Part shown: piece after piece, positions 9,587-21,847 of the stretch
How positions within the stretch are numbered: the first letter of the stretch is position 1
Layout of the letters: each line of letters starts with the position of its first letter
DNA from: Fonticula-like sp. SCN 57-25
Taxonomy: Eukaryota
Assembly (NCBI GenBank): GCA_001724245.1
Contig: MEDX01000025.1
Location: forward strand, 1 to 43,137
DNA length: 43,137 nt
Direction of reading: 5' to 3'
Program-made: the position numbers and the translations under genes
Notes under the pieces: model-generated
What the model was told of the DNA's origin: nothing
The model's input: only the letters and a program-made list of their open reading frames with translations
Databases searched by the model: none

Positions 9587-12445
9587 ATGGCCGCCGCAGC
9601 GATGCCGGCCGGGGCCGCAGCCGCCGGGCTCGAAAGCGTGCTCGAATCGCGCAGCCTGTTTGAGCAGCTCGCCGCGCTGACAAAGACCGTTGGTGCTTTG
9701 CCAGAGTCGGTACGAAAAATGCCGCTTTGCGGGCACTTTGTACTCACGATGTCGTTTTTGCCTCGCAGAGCTCTGAGGGCGGTGACTACGACTACTACCG
9801 CACCACCTATAGCCAGTTCAAGGATGTGATGGGGCGCGCGGGTGCCGACCTTTTAGATATGGGCGCAAAGCTCGTGAAGCAGCAGAGCAAGTTGCAGAAC
9901 GCCAAGGCAGTGCCGACTGACGTTTCGCGCTCCACCGTGATCGACCAGTACAACCGCGTCGTTGACGTGATTGATGGCATCCTCGAGTCTGCCGTACGCA
10001 GATCCCTTTTTGGGTGTCTTTTTCTGAATGTCGCAAAATAGGATGTCGCGCTTGATGAGCTGAGCGGCCGCATTCCGAGCGCTCTGCAGTCACCGGTCGC
10101 GCGCCCCGGTGCCCCCGCACTGACGCCGTCCAAGAGCACTGGCCGCCTGGATCACCGCCTGATGCACGCCGGCAACCTGCGCCCGCAGGACCAGTTTGCC
10201 GACCGCATCGACAACTCGTCGGTGCCATTCGTACCGCGTCTGCTAACCAAGCCGCACTCGCTGCGCAAGTTTGACCGCGAGCGTTTTGTCAGCGAAAACG
10301 CCCCCGCCGAGGACGACGACGAAGACGAGGCCGAGGCCCCCGTCGAAAACGGCCGCTCGCGCTCGTCGCTCAACCTGTCGCGGCGGCGCGGCTACCCTCA
10401 CCCCTACGAAGAGGAGATCCGCCACATCAAGTACCCCGCGTGGCTCTTTACCCCTTGCCAGGAGCAGATTTACCTCCCCCTTGGCCAGACAAAGTGCACG
10501 TGGGTGGACACTGAGGCTGCGCTCGACGAGCTCATTGCTAAGCTGGAGGCCGTGACTGAATTTGCGGTCGATCTTGAGCACCACAGCTACCGCTCTTTCC
10601 AGGGCTTCCTCTGCCTCATGCAGCTGTCCACGCGCTCGGAAGACTTTCTCGTCGACGTGCTCGCCCTGCGCGCGCACATGCACCGCATGAACGGCGTGTT
10701 TGCCAACCCGGCCATCTGCAAGGTCCTGCACGGCGCCGACAGTGACATTGTCTGGCTCCAGCGCGACTTTGGAATCTACATCGTCAACCTCTTTGACACT
10801 GGCCAGGCCGCCCGCGTCCTCGGTGCGCCCTTTTTCTTTTTTGTTGCGTTGCTGACCCGCCGCCGCGAGTAGAAATGCCGAGCTTTGGCCTTGCGCACCT
10901 TTTGCACCACTATGTGAATGTCGAGGCTGACAAAAAGTATCAGCTTGCCGACTGGCGCATCCGCCCGCTGCCCACCGAGATGGCGCGGTACGCTCAGGAG
11001 GACACGCACTACCTCCTCTACATCTTTGACCGCCTTCGGAATGAGCTGCTGGCGCGGTCGACGCCCGACCTCGACCGCGTCCGCGCGGTGCTCCGCCGCA
11101 GCGAGGAAGTCGCGCTCAAGCGCTACGAGATTGAGCTCTACGACGAGCAGGCGTACACGAATCTCCTCTCAAAGTACCGCGGCGACCTCTCGGCGCAGCA
11201 GCTCGCCGTCTTCAAGGCGCTCTACGCGTGGCGCGACCGCACCGCCCGCCAGCTGGACGAGGGCACCGCGTACGTAAATTCTTGTTTATGGACACAAATT
11301 TTAACGTGGATCTTTCAGGTATATTCTGTCTAATCAGCCGTTCTTCAAGCTGGTCGCCGCCATGCCGACGACGGCGCAGCGCGTCGTGGCGTCGCTGCAG
11401 CCGCTGCCGGCCTTTCTCAGGCAGCACGCCGACGAGGTGGCAAAGGTCATCGCCGAGGCCAAGCAGAGCGGCGGCGCTGTTCAGTCGACCGCCGCTTTTC
11501 CCGCGTCTTTCTACCTCGCTACGGAGCTCAAGGCGCCGGCAGTGCCCGTACCCAGTGCAGCCGTCGCGCGCTTCCAGGGCGCATGTACGCTGCTTTATAG
11601 TGTTTTATATATGGTTATGCTCACTGTGATTGGTAGCAGCGACTGCCGAGCCGTTTGTGCCGTCGCGGAGCGTCAAGATTGCCCCGCAGGCGAACAAGTC
11701 CGGTCTTATTGCCAAGCTGCCCGCGGCCCCTCTTTCGGTGCGCCCTTTCTATTTAGATGCTTTTAGTTTGTGCTGACTGTGCTTTTAGGATCGCGTAAAA
11801 AAGTCGATTTCGGCGATTCACAAGACGCTCTCTCTGACGCCGCACCTTTCCGAGTACCTCTCGTCGTACTCGATCATCACGTCGGCCGACCTCGCCGAAG
11901 GCAAGACGGCGCGCGGCGTCGCCATGCCCGCGGCGGGCGTCTTTGTCGCGCACACCAAGGCCGACAAAAAGGCCGAGGTCAAGGAGGAGGAGAAGGAGGA
12001 AGAAAAGCTCTTTGTCCTCTCGCAGATGAGGGCCGCCGAGCGCGCCGCCGCTTCGTCATCGAACGCGCCGGCCAGTCGCAAGCGCACAAAGGACGATTCT
12101 GACAGCGACAGCGAAGACGACAGCAGCAGCGACGACAGCAGCAGCGAGGAGGAAAAGCGTCCGGTCGCCGCTCAGCCGCCGCCGGCAAAGCAGCGCAAGG
12201 CGGCCGAGGCGGTGACGCCGTTCGACTACGCCAATGCCAAGAGCGCCGTGAAGGGCGTCGCGGGCCACAACGCGCGTTCCGTCGAGCAATGTGCGCTTTT
12301 TTGGTTTCTGTTTTTGTGTGCTGACTGTGCTGCAGCGTCCTTCAACCCGTACAAGCTGGCGGACGGCAAGCGCGGTAACAAGGTGCGCAGCAAGACGCAG
12401 ATGCGCAGCGGCAATCGCAGCGCGACCTTCCGCAAGACCAAGTAA
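9587..12445 (+). CDS. RRP6: Exosome exonuclease Rrp6/EXOSC10 (PMC2NT, DEDD exonuclease and HRDC domains), about 8 exons
   Basis: 'FAVDLEHHSYRSFQGFLCLMQLSTR', 'LHGADSDIVWLQRDFG', 'YQLADWRIRPLP..M..YAQEDTHYLL'; HRDC 'WRDRTARQLDEG'; C-terminal 'SGNRSATF'. Confidence 0.97.
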
Positions 12446-12583
12446 GGGCACTTTTGTTTTTCTGTACATAAACATCTGTAGCATATGAAACTGATACGAA
12501 AAAGAGTCAAATGGCTGCCATTATTATATTGCGTGCTTGCGTTCATTAGGTAAAGCTGTAAAGGGGATATGGGCGTTTCTTGT

Positions 12584-13803
12584 CTAGCCAAAGAGCTTGG
12601 TGAAGCAGGTGGTGCAGTATGGCTTGCCCTCGTTGTCCTTGAAAGTGCCCTTGGCGAGCTGCTTTGTGCAGAAGGCGCAGACAAAGTGCTCTGGGTGGTA
12701 GCGCTTCTGCAGCGCCACCACGCAGCGGCCGACGATGGGCTTTTGGCACGACGCGCAGAGCGAGCCCTTCTGCTGGTTAAAGTGCGTCTCGCAGTACGGC
12801 TTGCCCTCGTGGTCAAAGAAGGTACCGCTGAACGGCTGGTGGCACTCCATGCACACAAAGCACTGAGGGTGCCACTGGCGGCCGAGCGCGTTCAGGCAGT
12901 CCGCCATGATCGGCTTGTCGCACGCGCCGCAGCGCGGGGCAAACATGTTAAAGTAGTCCTCCTCGCAGTACGCCTTGCCGTCCTTTTCCAGGAAACGACC
13001 GTTTGAGAGGTTCTTTCCGCACTGCGAGCAGAAAAAGTGGTCAAAGTGCCACGTCTTGTTGAGCGCGTTGACGCAGCGATCCTTGATCGTGCCGTTGCAG
13101 TAGGCGCAGCGGGGCGCAAAAAGATCGTGGAAGCAGCGCTCGCAGTAAGGCGAGCTGTCGCGGTCAAAGAACGAGTCAGAGCCGAGCGGCGTGCGGCAGT
13201 TCAGGCACGCAAAGTGCTCCTTGTGGAACGTCTTGCCGAGCGCAGTCACAACCTCGCCGATGACGGGCTTCTTGCACACCCAGCACTGACCCTTGTACTC
13301 GGAGTCCATGCCAATCTGGCCCATCTCGGAGCTCAGCGAGTTCAAAAGGTTGTCAAGATCGTTACGGCCGCCCTTGGCAGCGGGAGCAGCCGACTTGGTC
13401 GAGCTCGTCGCAGAGGGCGTTGACAGCTCAGCGAGCAGATCGTCCACCGTCGCGGCGGCCGAGTTGGCGGCTAAGGGGGCGGGATCAGCAGCCGATCATA
13501 GGCATTGGCGAAAGTGCGCACGCTTCGGGGCCGACTGGAGAGAGCTCGAGGTGCTGGGCGCGGCCGACGCGCCGGCGGGCGCCTTGGCGGCGGTCGACGA
13601 CGCCGACGAGCCGAGCTCGGCCATCAGGTCATCGAGCTCCTGGAAGCCGGCGCGCTGAGGCTGCGCGACGGGCTCGGGAGCCGCGACCGACGCAACCGCA
13701 ACGGGGACGGGCTTGGGAACAGAAAGCTCCTGAAGCAATTGATCTTTCAGGAAGACGTTAGCACGGCCGCATCGCCATCTGTGCGCGTACCGAGCTCCTC
13801 CAT
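12584..13803 (-). CDS. PXN: Paxillin/leupaxin-like adaptor with 4 LD motifs and 4 LIM domains; introns 13744-13790 and 13471-13521
   Basis: LD motifs MEELDQLLQEL, QELDDLMAEL, TVDDLLAEL and DLDNLLNSL; four tandem CxxC..HxxHF/CF.CxxC...CxxC/D/H LIM domains ending 'CFTKLFG'. Confidence 0.93.
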
Positions 13804-14186
13804 GATGCTCCTTGCCTGCTATTGATAGAAGCGCAGTCAACCAAACAAGAATTCCAATCTCAAATCTCATCGGTGACGTCACCACCTACGTCATCACACG
13901 AACCAGAAGTCTGCAGAATTATAGGCAGAGAATAGGCATTGTGCTACCAAATGAATATACGCTGCGTCCATACGCATGCATACACGGCACTGTGTCCTTA
14001 ACTGTTCATGTTTCATACTATATTCAATGTCATCGTGCACCTTTCACGCTTCACAAGGCGATCGCCAGTCGGCGCTGATAGCCAGAGTGCGTCAAGTCCG
14101 TGTTGTATGCCAACTTTTAATAAAATGTGGTAATGATTGTGTCTATTATGGAATATAAAACTGGTAGGCCGCTCAATGGCGGGCGA

Positions 14187-15670
14187 TTACACGACGACAG
14201 ACCAGTCCGACTCGATCTCGCCGTACTGGATGCCCATGATGGTGTCGGCGATGCGCTTGGTGAGCGGGCCGGCCTCGCTGGTGGGGTCGTTGGGGTCGAG
14301 CGGGATGACGCGGTCGACGCCGAGGTACGAGATGGCCTTGATGGGCGACACAATGGCGGCGGTGCCGGCACCAAACATCTCAATGACCTACCAAGGCATC
14401 ATCAGCATCGCTCATGCAAAGTGGCGGCATTAAAACGTACGCGCTTCTCGGCGACGGCCTTGGCGACCTGGGGCATCGTGAAGGGGCGCTCCGACACCTT
14501 GAACTCGTTCCACTGGCGGGCGAGCGAGAGGACCGAGTCGCGGGTGACACCGGGGAGAATCGTGCCGTCGAGCGGCGGCGTGATGAGCTCCTTCTCGCCC
14601 TGCTCGTTGATCCAGAACATGAAGCAGTTCATCGTGCCGACCTCGGTGACCTGGTGGTCATTGCCGAGCAGCCAAAGGATCTGCGAGTAGCCCTTCTCGG
14701 CGGCAGTCTGCTGCGGCAGAAGGCCAGGCGCATAGTTGCTAAGCACAGAAAAGCACAAAAAAGCGTCAGTACTCACCGGGCCGCGATAATCGTTGAGCGT
14801 ACGCGCCGAGCTTGGCGTCACCGGTGCCTCCGGGCCACGCGCGCACATACTGCGGGTCGGCGAGAAGCTTGACGGCAGCAAAGCCCGACTTGTAGTACGG
14901 GCCGACGGGCGAGCTGATCACGAAGAGGAGCGCCGAGCTCGAGCGGCCGACACCGAGCGACTCCTGGGTGCCGATCAGGGTCGGGCGGAGGTACAGCGAG
15001 TAGCCGCGCTGCGACGGGATCCACTCGTGGTCAACGCGGAGCAGCTGCTTGATGCACTCGAGCAGCTCCTGCTTGTTGAACGTCTGCCGGAAAAGGGTGA
15101 GCGGGAGATTAAGGGGGAGCGGGGGGAGCGGGACGTACGGGGAGCGACAGGCGCGACGCAGAGCGCGACATGCGGTCCATGTTGAGCATCGGGCGGAAGA
15201 GGCGGATGTTGCCGTTCTTGTCCTTGTACGCCTTCATGCCCTCAAAGAGCTGCGGAGGATGAAAGAAAAGGAAAGAAGGGGGAGGAAGGTGAGTATGCGG
15301 CATGCGTGGCGCCCCGTGGCGCACCTCAGTCGCGTAGTGGAACACCGAGGCGGACGGCTCGAGCTCGAGCTTGTGGTAAGCCGAGATGACCGGCGCCTTC
15401 CAGCCGGTGCTCTCCTGCCACGGAACCTCGAGCATGTGGTCGGCGAACGTGCGGCCGAACACGAGCTGGTCATTCGGGACCTTCGGGCGGGGCTTGTCGG
15501 TCAGGCGCACACTGAGCGAGCGGTGCTGCGGGCACGCATGAGCGCAAATTGGGAAAAAACTGAAAAGAGCGCACATCAATATCAGCCTTGACGGTCGCAT
15601 GGCTCGTGGCGAGCGCGCGAGAGAGCCACTGCTGGCGGGCAAAACCCGGCGAAACACGCAGAAGGGCCAT
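14187..15670 (-). CDS. BCAT: Branched-chain amino acid aminotransferase with mitochondrial-type N-terminus, multi-exon
   Basis: '[10 protein letters not shown]', 'FEGMKAY', '[10 protein letters not shown]', 'NYAPGL', 'EVGTMN', 'ILPGVTRDS', '[12 protein letters not shown]'. Confidence 0.96.
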
Positions 15671-15909
15671 CTTGGTTCGGACGATGCTTCGTGGGAGAAG
15701 TTTGAAAGTGTCGGCATGTGACAGGCCTGTGGCAGGTGATCTTCACGCGGTCGCCCCGTCGGCGCCTTGACATCTTGCATAGGAATATGTGTTTATATGC
15801 GTATGCATGCTGGTATTTACACGTAGTGTACAACAAAAAAAAAGGCACAGAATGCGAAATGGGGTGGCGATACAGAGAGACACATAGAGCGTGAACATTC
15901 ACTGCGTGA

Positions 15910-17117
15910 TCACCGCTTGATTTTGAGCATATGCGACACGTGCTCCCACGTCTTTTGTGCAGCGTTCCTGCACGCAACCAGCGTCAGCTGCCATGAAAGA
16001 GTAGAGAAAAAGAAAAAGTGCAAGCAAATAAACGCACTTGATGCGGCTAGGCGCCTGCGGCCCCGGTCTATGGACGACGTAGAGCTGCGAGCGGAGGTGC
16101 GCGACGGCCCGCTCAAAGGAGATCACGCGCTGCGCTCCCCTTTCCGGCCACGCGCGCCCTCCCACAAGCGACGTCGGCGCCGGCTGCGCTGTCTCGGGCG
16201 GCGGGACGAGCATGAGCGCCGCTGGCGCCCCACCCAGCTCGGTCGGCTGCGCCATTGCGGCGAGCGCTAAGCCTGCGCCGCGGGCGAGCGCCGCCGCCGA
16301 CTCGCTATCCGCTGCGAGGCTGTCAAAGGCATCGACGGTGGCGCACGTGCGCGCAAACGCAAAGAGCGGCGCGGCGGACTTGTCCGGCATGAACTCGATG
16401 ACGCGGCGGAGCGACTCGACGAGCGAGGTGTCGGGCACAGTGTCTGAGCAGACGAGCACTACGTGGGACATCTGGAACGCCCACAGGGCCGCCTGCATGG
16501 CCCGCAGCTGCGGCTCGCGCATCGCATGGCGGCCGTGCTCGCCGGGCGTAAAGTCCACGTCGCAGAGCACATTCAGGTAAACGACCCGCTCGAGGGTCAC
16601 AGTGCACGAGATCACCTGATCAGCCGGCGGGGACGGCGAAAACGCGGGCGTCGCGCCGTGCCGCGTCAGCTCGTTGAGAACTGCCGTCGCGGCGTTCGAC
16701 GACGAGCGACATACGCAGCAAATGACTAAAAGGTCGCTCGGATCGCCTCCCAGGGCGTCGTGGAGATCATCCGCGTGGAGCACGCCCCCAACGTCGAGCA
16801 CGGTGAACGCGCGATCGCGATGCTTTACTGGAACCGCGGGGCTGGCAGCCGTCGGCGGGCGGGCGGGCGCTGGCGTTGTAGCGGTCGGCGACGGGACGGG
16901 CGTCGCGTCCCTGCCCGGCCGGCCACTCAAGAGTACGCGCCGCACCTCTGGCACGACTGGGCGCGAGAACTCATCCGAGTCAAGGACGGTATGGGGGGTG
17001 GAAGAAGGGCCTTTCGACGCCTTTGGGCGGCTGTCCTGCCGTCGTATCCTTCGCGCTGGCATTCACACGTTGAGCGACACAGTGGTGGCGACAAGGTACC
17101 GTACCGTCGTCTGCCAT
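15910..17117 (-). CDS. SMG9: SMG9-like NMD factor with a degenerate G-domain; introns 17056-17104 and about 15988-16036
   Basis: 'VTLERVVYLNV' resembles SMG9 'ITQERIVFLDT'; 'MQAALWAFQMSHVVLVCSDTVPDTSL' resembles 'LQIAAFLFTVCHVVIVVQDWFTDLSL'; the C-terminal 'AAQKTWEHV' resembles 'AARIWDGV'. Comparisons are from memory. Confidence 0.62.
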
Positions 17118-17138
17118 GGCGGCGGGCAACGCCAGTGA

Positions 17139-17180
17139 CAGTTTGCCTGCAGTTTGCACGTCAGTTTGCATTGATTTGCG
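17139..17180. promoter_or_regulatory. CAGTTTGC motif array upstream of the SMG9-like gene
   Basis: Copies at 17139, 17150 and 17162, with a degenerate copy at 17172. Confidence 0.55.
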
Positions 17181-17341
17181 CGAGGTGTGTACCTGCAATT
17201 CATGGAAGGACTGTGGACGTATTGTATCTCAGACTGCATAGACTTTTACATTGCCATCGGTAAATATCATATGTACAGAAACAAAGCTCTGTCTCGGCGA
17301 GCACAACGCAACAAATCTCCTAAGAACGTCCACAAAAACTC

Positions 17342-18916
17342 TTACATTTCGACGTCGTTGTCGGCGTCGGCGTCGGCGTCGTCCGGCGGCGCCGCAGCGT
17401 CGTCGAGGCCCATATCGTTGAACTCGTCGAGGAGCTCGTCGACGTTGACCTCGGGGAAGTCCTCCTCCTCCGGCTCGTCCTCGTCGTCCTCGGCCTGCAT
17501 GGGCGCGGTTTCGAGTGCCGGCTGGGCGTTGGGGTCCTTGAAGAGGTTGACGGCCGCGCGCATCTCGGGGTCCTCCTCGACGTCGCGCAGGAAAAGCTCA
17601 TAGTCGTTCTCTGTCTTTTGCTGTACGTCCTTGCGGTTGTTGAGGCGCTCCTGGTGGTGTGTGAGCTCCTTGGAGAGCTGCTGGAGCTTCCAGTTCCGCT
17701 GGCGGTTCTTGCGACGGCGGTTCGGGTAGCCCTTCTTGACGAGCACAATGTCGGGCAGCGAGCCGCGATCGAGCAGGTCAAAGTCGTTGTTGTTGAAATT
17801 GGAGATGACAAGGTCGTAGCCCATGGCGGTGTCGCCGGGCTGCAGGATCGCGCCGAGGTGCGAGCGCACAATAAACATCGTGTCGTTGCGGCCAAAGTCA
17901 GACTTGCGCGCAACCTGAACGTCGGCGAGCACAAACTTGCCGCGCGTCGGGCCGAGCGGCTCCACGTCGAGAACAACAAACTCGGTCAGGTCCTGAGCGG
18001 CGCAGATGCTGGTAAACGGGCCGCGCCAGTACGCGCCGCTCATCACGTCGGCGACCTGAAGCGTGTTGGGGTCGACCAGGTGGATCGAGTTGCCAACGCG
18101 GTAGCACAGAACGAGCGGGGCAATGTTGCCAAGCGCCGGGCGAAGGTGCTTGGGAAGGCACACAAGATCGTCCTTGCAGATCGGCGCGATTTCGACCGAA
18201 AAGGTGTACTTGAAGCTCGCAGTGTTGCTCTGCCAGTCGGCCGAGATGATCTCCTGCGCCGTCTTGTAGCGGCACGGGACGACAGACTGCAAAAAGTCGG
18301 TGAACTTGTGCGCCCTGGTCTTGGTGCTAAAGAAAAAGTCAATGCCGTCGGGGGTCTCGGCAATGTTGGTCGTGATCTTGTGCTGGCCGTGCTTGAGGAT
18401 CAGCTGCTCGAGGAAGAAGAACGTGCGCTTGTGGGCAACCTTTTGCCGCACCTGGACGCACGCGCGCCACATGTCCTTTGCCTCGGCGCGGTGGCATTCC
18501 TCGCACACCTGGCTGGCAATGACATACTCGATCACAAACACCTGCTGAAGGATCGTCGATGCAAACACCTCCTTCTGAATGGTCAGCTTGACCTTGATGC
18601 GCCGCGAGTGGGGCTCGGTCCAGATAAAGCCCGCATCCACCAGGCGAACGCGGTTCAGGCCGCGCACCTTGCGAAGGCAGAGCGCCAGCAGCTCGGATGA
18701 CTCGAGCGCGCACGAGAGCCACTGGCCCGGCGGCTGCAGGTACCGCTCGCAAAACTTGCACCAGTGCATCACAATCTGCTTGGGAATGCCGTCCGTGATG
18801 TCCACCTCGCTCTGAATACAGTTCAGGCACATGTTCGCCGGGTTCGGCGGAATGGGCGTCGCGCATTTGCAGCACAGGATGAGCTGCTCCCGCGTTTGCA
18901 CAGTGATGTACTCCAT
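17342..18916 (-). CDS. NMD3: 60S ribosomal export adaptor Nmd3 (intronless)
   Basis: 'ILCCKCATPIPPNPANMCLNC', 'FIWTEPHSRRIKVKLTIQKEV', 'VQVRQKVAHKRTFFFLEQLILKH'; C-terminal NES-like 'VDELLDEFNDMGL'. Confidence 0.98.
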   Translation of the reverse strand: MEYITVQTREQLILCCKCATPIPPNPANMCLNCIQSEVDITDGIPKQIVMHWCKFCERYLQPPGQWLSCALESSELLALCLRKVRGLNRVRLVDAGFIWTEPHSRRIKVKLTIQKEVFASTILQQVFVIEYVIASQVCEECHRAEAKDMWRACVQVRQKVAHKRTFFFLEQLILKHGQHKITTNIAETPDGIDFFFSTKTRAHKFTDFLQSVVPCRYKTAQEIISADWQSNTASFKYTFSVEIAPICKDDLVCLPKHLRPALGNIAPLVLCYRVGNSIHLVDPNTLQVADVMSGAYWRGPFTSICAAQDLTEFVVLDVEPLGPTRGKFVLADVQVARKSDFGRNDTMFIVRSHLGAILQPGDTAMGYDLVISNFNNNDFDLLDRGSLPDIVLVKKGYPNRRRKNRQRNWKLQQLSKELTHHQERLNNRKDVQQKTENDYELFLRDVEEDPEMRAAVNLFKDPNAQPALETAPMQAEDDEDEPEEEDFPEVNVDELLDEFNDMGLDDAAAPPDDADADADNDVEM

Positions 18917-19164
18917 GGTCGTCGGCCCCTACACACGATGCCGCGTGGACACTGGCGCTTGATAAGCAATATGCAAACTGGTTTGCGGATTTCAAAGCTG
19001 ATGACGCAATCCAGCTGCAATCCAGATCGTTCCTTTGGGTTCCTTTGGCGTCCATGGGTATGGCAGAAATATACAGAAAAATGCGGCAATTAAAGCTGAA
19101 TTAAAGTGGAAATTACATAAAAGGGGCTCAAAAATGCAAGTACAAGGAAACATGTGCATCAATG

Positions 19165-21614
19165 TTACTCGAGGGACCGCGTCCAGTCATAGTCCCGCCA
19201 CATGTCGGCAAACTCTTTGATACGGCGCGTGTTGTCGGCCGGCGCCTTTGGCCGCATCCACGCGTCGGCGCCGACGTCGAGCATGCCGCCGACGATGGAG
19301 CGGCCAAAGTGGTGCGGGAACTGCTCCTCGTCCTCGACGACGTGCGCAAAGCCGCGGTCGAGCCCAAACTCGACGTGGAAAAAGGGGAACCCCTTGGGGA
19401 CGGTGCGCGCGAGGCCCTTGCCGGTCGTCTCGAGGAACTTTGTGTTCTGCGCCCAGACCTCGTCCGACTCGAGAATGGCCTTTTTAAAGTAGATGGGCGC
19501 CTCATCAAAGAGGTCCCGGGGGAGCGGCAGGCACTCGATAAAGATGTGCCGCTTGCGGCGGAGCGCCATCGACGTCTCAATAAAGACGACGCCGCGGTTG
19601 TCCTTGGCAAACATCCGAATGAGGCACTTTTTAAAGTTCTGTGCAAATTGGTGTCAGAAATGAAAAGTAGAAATTGAAAAATAGATTGGACAGGGCAGAG
19701 CACACAACTCTCAGAACACTCTAGCACAATACACAAAGACAATTGCTGCACGTACCCTAATCTCTATGAGTGCCTCCTCTTCAGCCTCTAGCGTAGAAAT
19801 GACGTGCGACGTCGGGATGATAAGGCAGTGCCCCTCTGTGATGACGCCCTTTTGCGGCAGCGCGAGGTACGTCCTCGTCCCCGACGCGATGAAAAGGTTG
19901 CGCTGCACCATCGGGCTGTCCAGGCAGAACCAGCACTGGTCGTACATGCGCGCCTCGCCGCGCGCCGCATGCAGCTGCTGCTGCCGCTGGCGGTCCTTGA
20001 CGCCGGCCTCACCCTTGCGGTTCCGCCGCGTGTCGGCGAGCGTGTCACCGTGGTCGTCAAGGTAGTCCAGCGTGTTCTGGAAACGCGAATTGCGCATGAT
20101 GTTGTTCGCATATTCGTCCTCGTGAGGCCGCCCGCGACTGCTCTTTTCGCGGCGCACAAGCTCTTCAAGCGTCACGACGTCATCGTCGCGCTCGGCGGGC
20201 TCCTTTTTGCCTCCACCGGGCGCGGGCGACGCCGACGACGGGAGCTTCACCTGGCGAAGGCGCACTTCGGTCGGCGTCTCGGCCGCCTGCTTCTGTGCGG
20301 CTTCAAGCTCCTTGCTCAGCTCGGCGGCGAGCGCAGTGTCGCCCTTGAGCTGCGCGCGAAGAAGCTTGGCGGCAAGTCGGTTCCGTTCCTCCTCACCAAG
20401 CTGCAACGAGGATTAGCACAGAAAAAAGTGAAAATAACAAATGTACCTTTGCCTGCTGCGCGTAGGCGGCGTTGGCGGCGGCAAGCGCGGCCTGGACGAC
20501 CTCTGGCGTCGGCTGGGCAGAGGCGGCGGGCACGGGCGTCGGCGCCGCGATGGGCGTCTGCGGCATGGGGAGCGGCGAGCCAATGAACGGCGACGACGAG
20601 ACGTGGCTCGACGCGGGTGCGCTCGGCGGCGGCGTCGCAAGTAAACCAGGAGACGCCTCTGACGGTGCCTTGAAGCGACTCTTGGCGGCAATGACAAACT
20701 CGGGGCGCTCGCGGCGGTCGCGATCCGGCGACTTTGACCGCTGGCGCTGCCTGTCGCGCGACCGAGAACGCGACCGAGAACGGCGACGCGAACGATCGCC
20801 CGAACGCGAACGACGGCGTGTGCGGTCACGCGAGCGCGAACGAGAGCGGCGGCGCGAGCGGTCTGGCGAGCGAGAACGGCGGCGCTGCGTGCTGCGGGGG
20901 GTATTCTGGCGCGCAAGCTGGGACTGGAGCTCCTGCAGGCTGTCAAGCGACTAGAGCGATAAAGTAAGAAAGAATGAAAAAAAAGGTGCCAAAACGCGCA
21001 CCTCGCCGCGCTCGAGCCAGACCTCGGCGACCGACCGGCCTTCCTCCTCGGCCTGTTCCTGCGCGCGCTTCAGCTTCTTGGCGCGCCATGACAGACCACC
21101 ATCGCCGGCGATGCGGGACATGCTGGGCGTCACGGTCGTCGAAGGCGCGGATGTCGGTGCGGCGGGAGAGGCAATCACAGGGGCAGTGGCGGGCGTGGGG
21201 GTAGTGACGGGCTCGGGGGCCGAGGTGGGGGGCAAGGACATCGCCTCGGCCACGGGATCACGACGAGGCGGAGCGAGCATCCACTCCTGGCGGCCGACGG
21301 ACGGCGACGGAGCCACAACGGGAGCCGCGTGCTCACTGGCCTTTTCAACAAACATGAGGCCGGGGCCGTCGCTGTCTGACGAATCCGAGGACGAAGAGTC
21401 GTGATGCTTGTGCTGTGCCCCACGCGAGTCAGCGCGGCCGTAAATCGCGCCATGCACGTACCTTCTTGTCCTTCTTCTCTTTCTTGTCCTTCTTATCCTT
21501 CTTATCCTTTCGATCCTTCTTCTTCTCCTTCTTTTCCTTCTTCTCCTTCTTCCTCAGCTCCTTCCTCTCCTTCCTCCGCTGCTCCTCTGCGCGCGCATCG
21601 TCCTCAACGTCCAT
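19165..21614 (-). CDS. CWF19L2: CWF19-like protein 2 (spliceosome disassembly factor) with Lys-rich N-terminus, RS-rich segment and CwfJ C-terminal domains, 5 exons
   Basis: 'GDGGLSWRAKKLKRAQEQA', 'AAKLLRAQLKGD', 'CWFCLDS', 'GHCLIIP', 'APIYFKKAILESDEVWAQN', 'GFAHVVED'. Confidence 0.93.
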
Positions 21615-21699
21615 CGTCAGCACGCTCACCGCTTGTGCTGACTGCGCAAAAAATGTCCTCGCATTCAAAATGATTTTTTCCGCGAGCGTATCGTATAAT

Positions 21700-21779
21700 G
21701 GCATGATGGCCGAGCGGTCTAAGGCGCTCGTTTCAGGTACGAGTCCGAAAGGGCGAGAGTTCGAATCTCTCTCATGTCA
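21700..21779 (+). tRNA. tRNA-Leu(CAG), copy 1
   Basis: Acceptor stem GGCATGA/TCATGTC, D arm GCC/GGC, anticodon arm CTCGT-TTCAGGT-ACGAG, long variable arm, T arm GAGAG-TTCGAAT-CTCTC, discriminator A73; followed by CCA and TTTTT. Confidence 0.97.
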
Positions 21780-21847
21780 CCATTTTTGCACTTTTTGCAA
21801 TACGATCATGTTTATTTACACATTTGAACGTCAACCAATCACGGTAT

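Noticed and set aside
13804..14186. Small ORFs in AT-rich intergenic or intronic DNA (13812-14078, 13976-14158; also 4219-4455 and 32966-33202)
   Set aside because: Their composition is unlike the host CDSs and they have no recognisable motifs. They are better explained as UTR, promoter or intron sequence.
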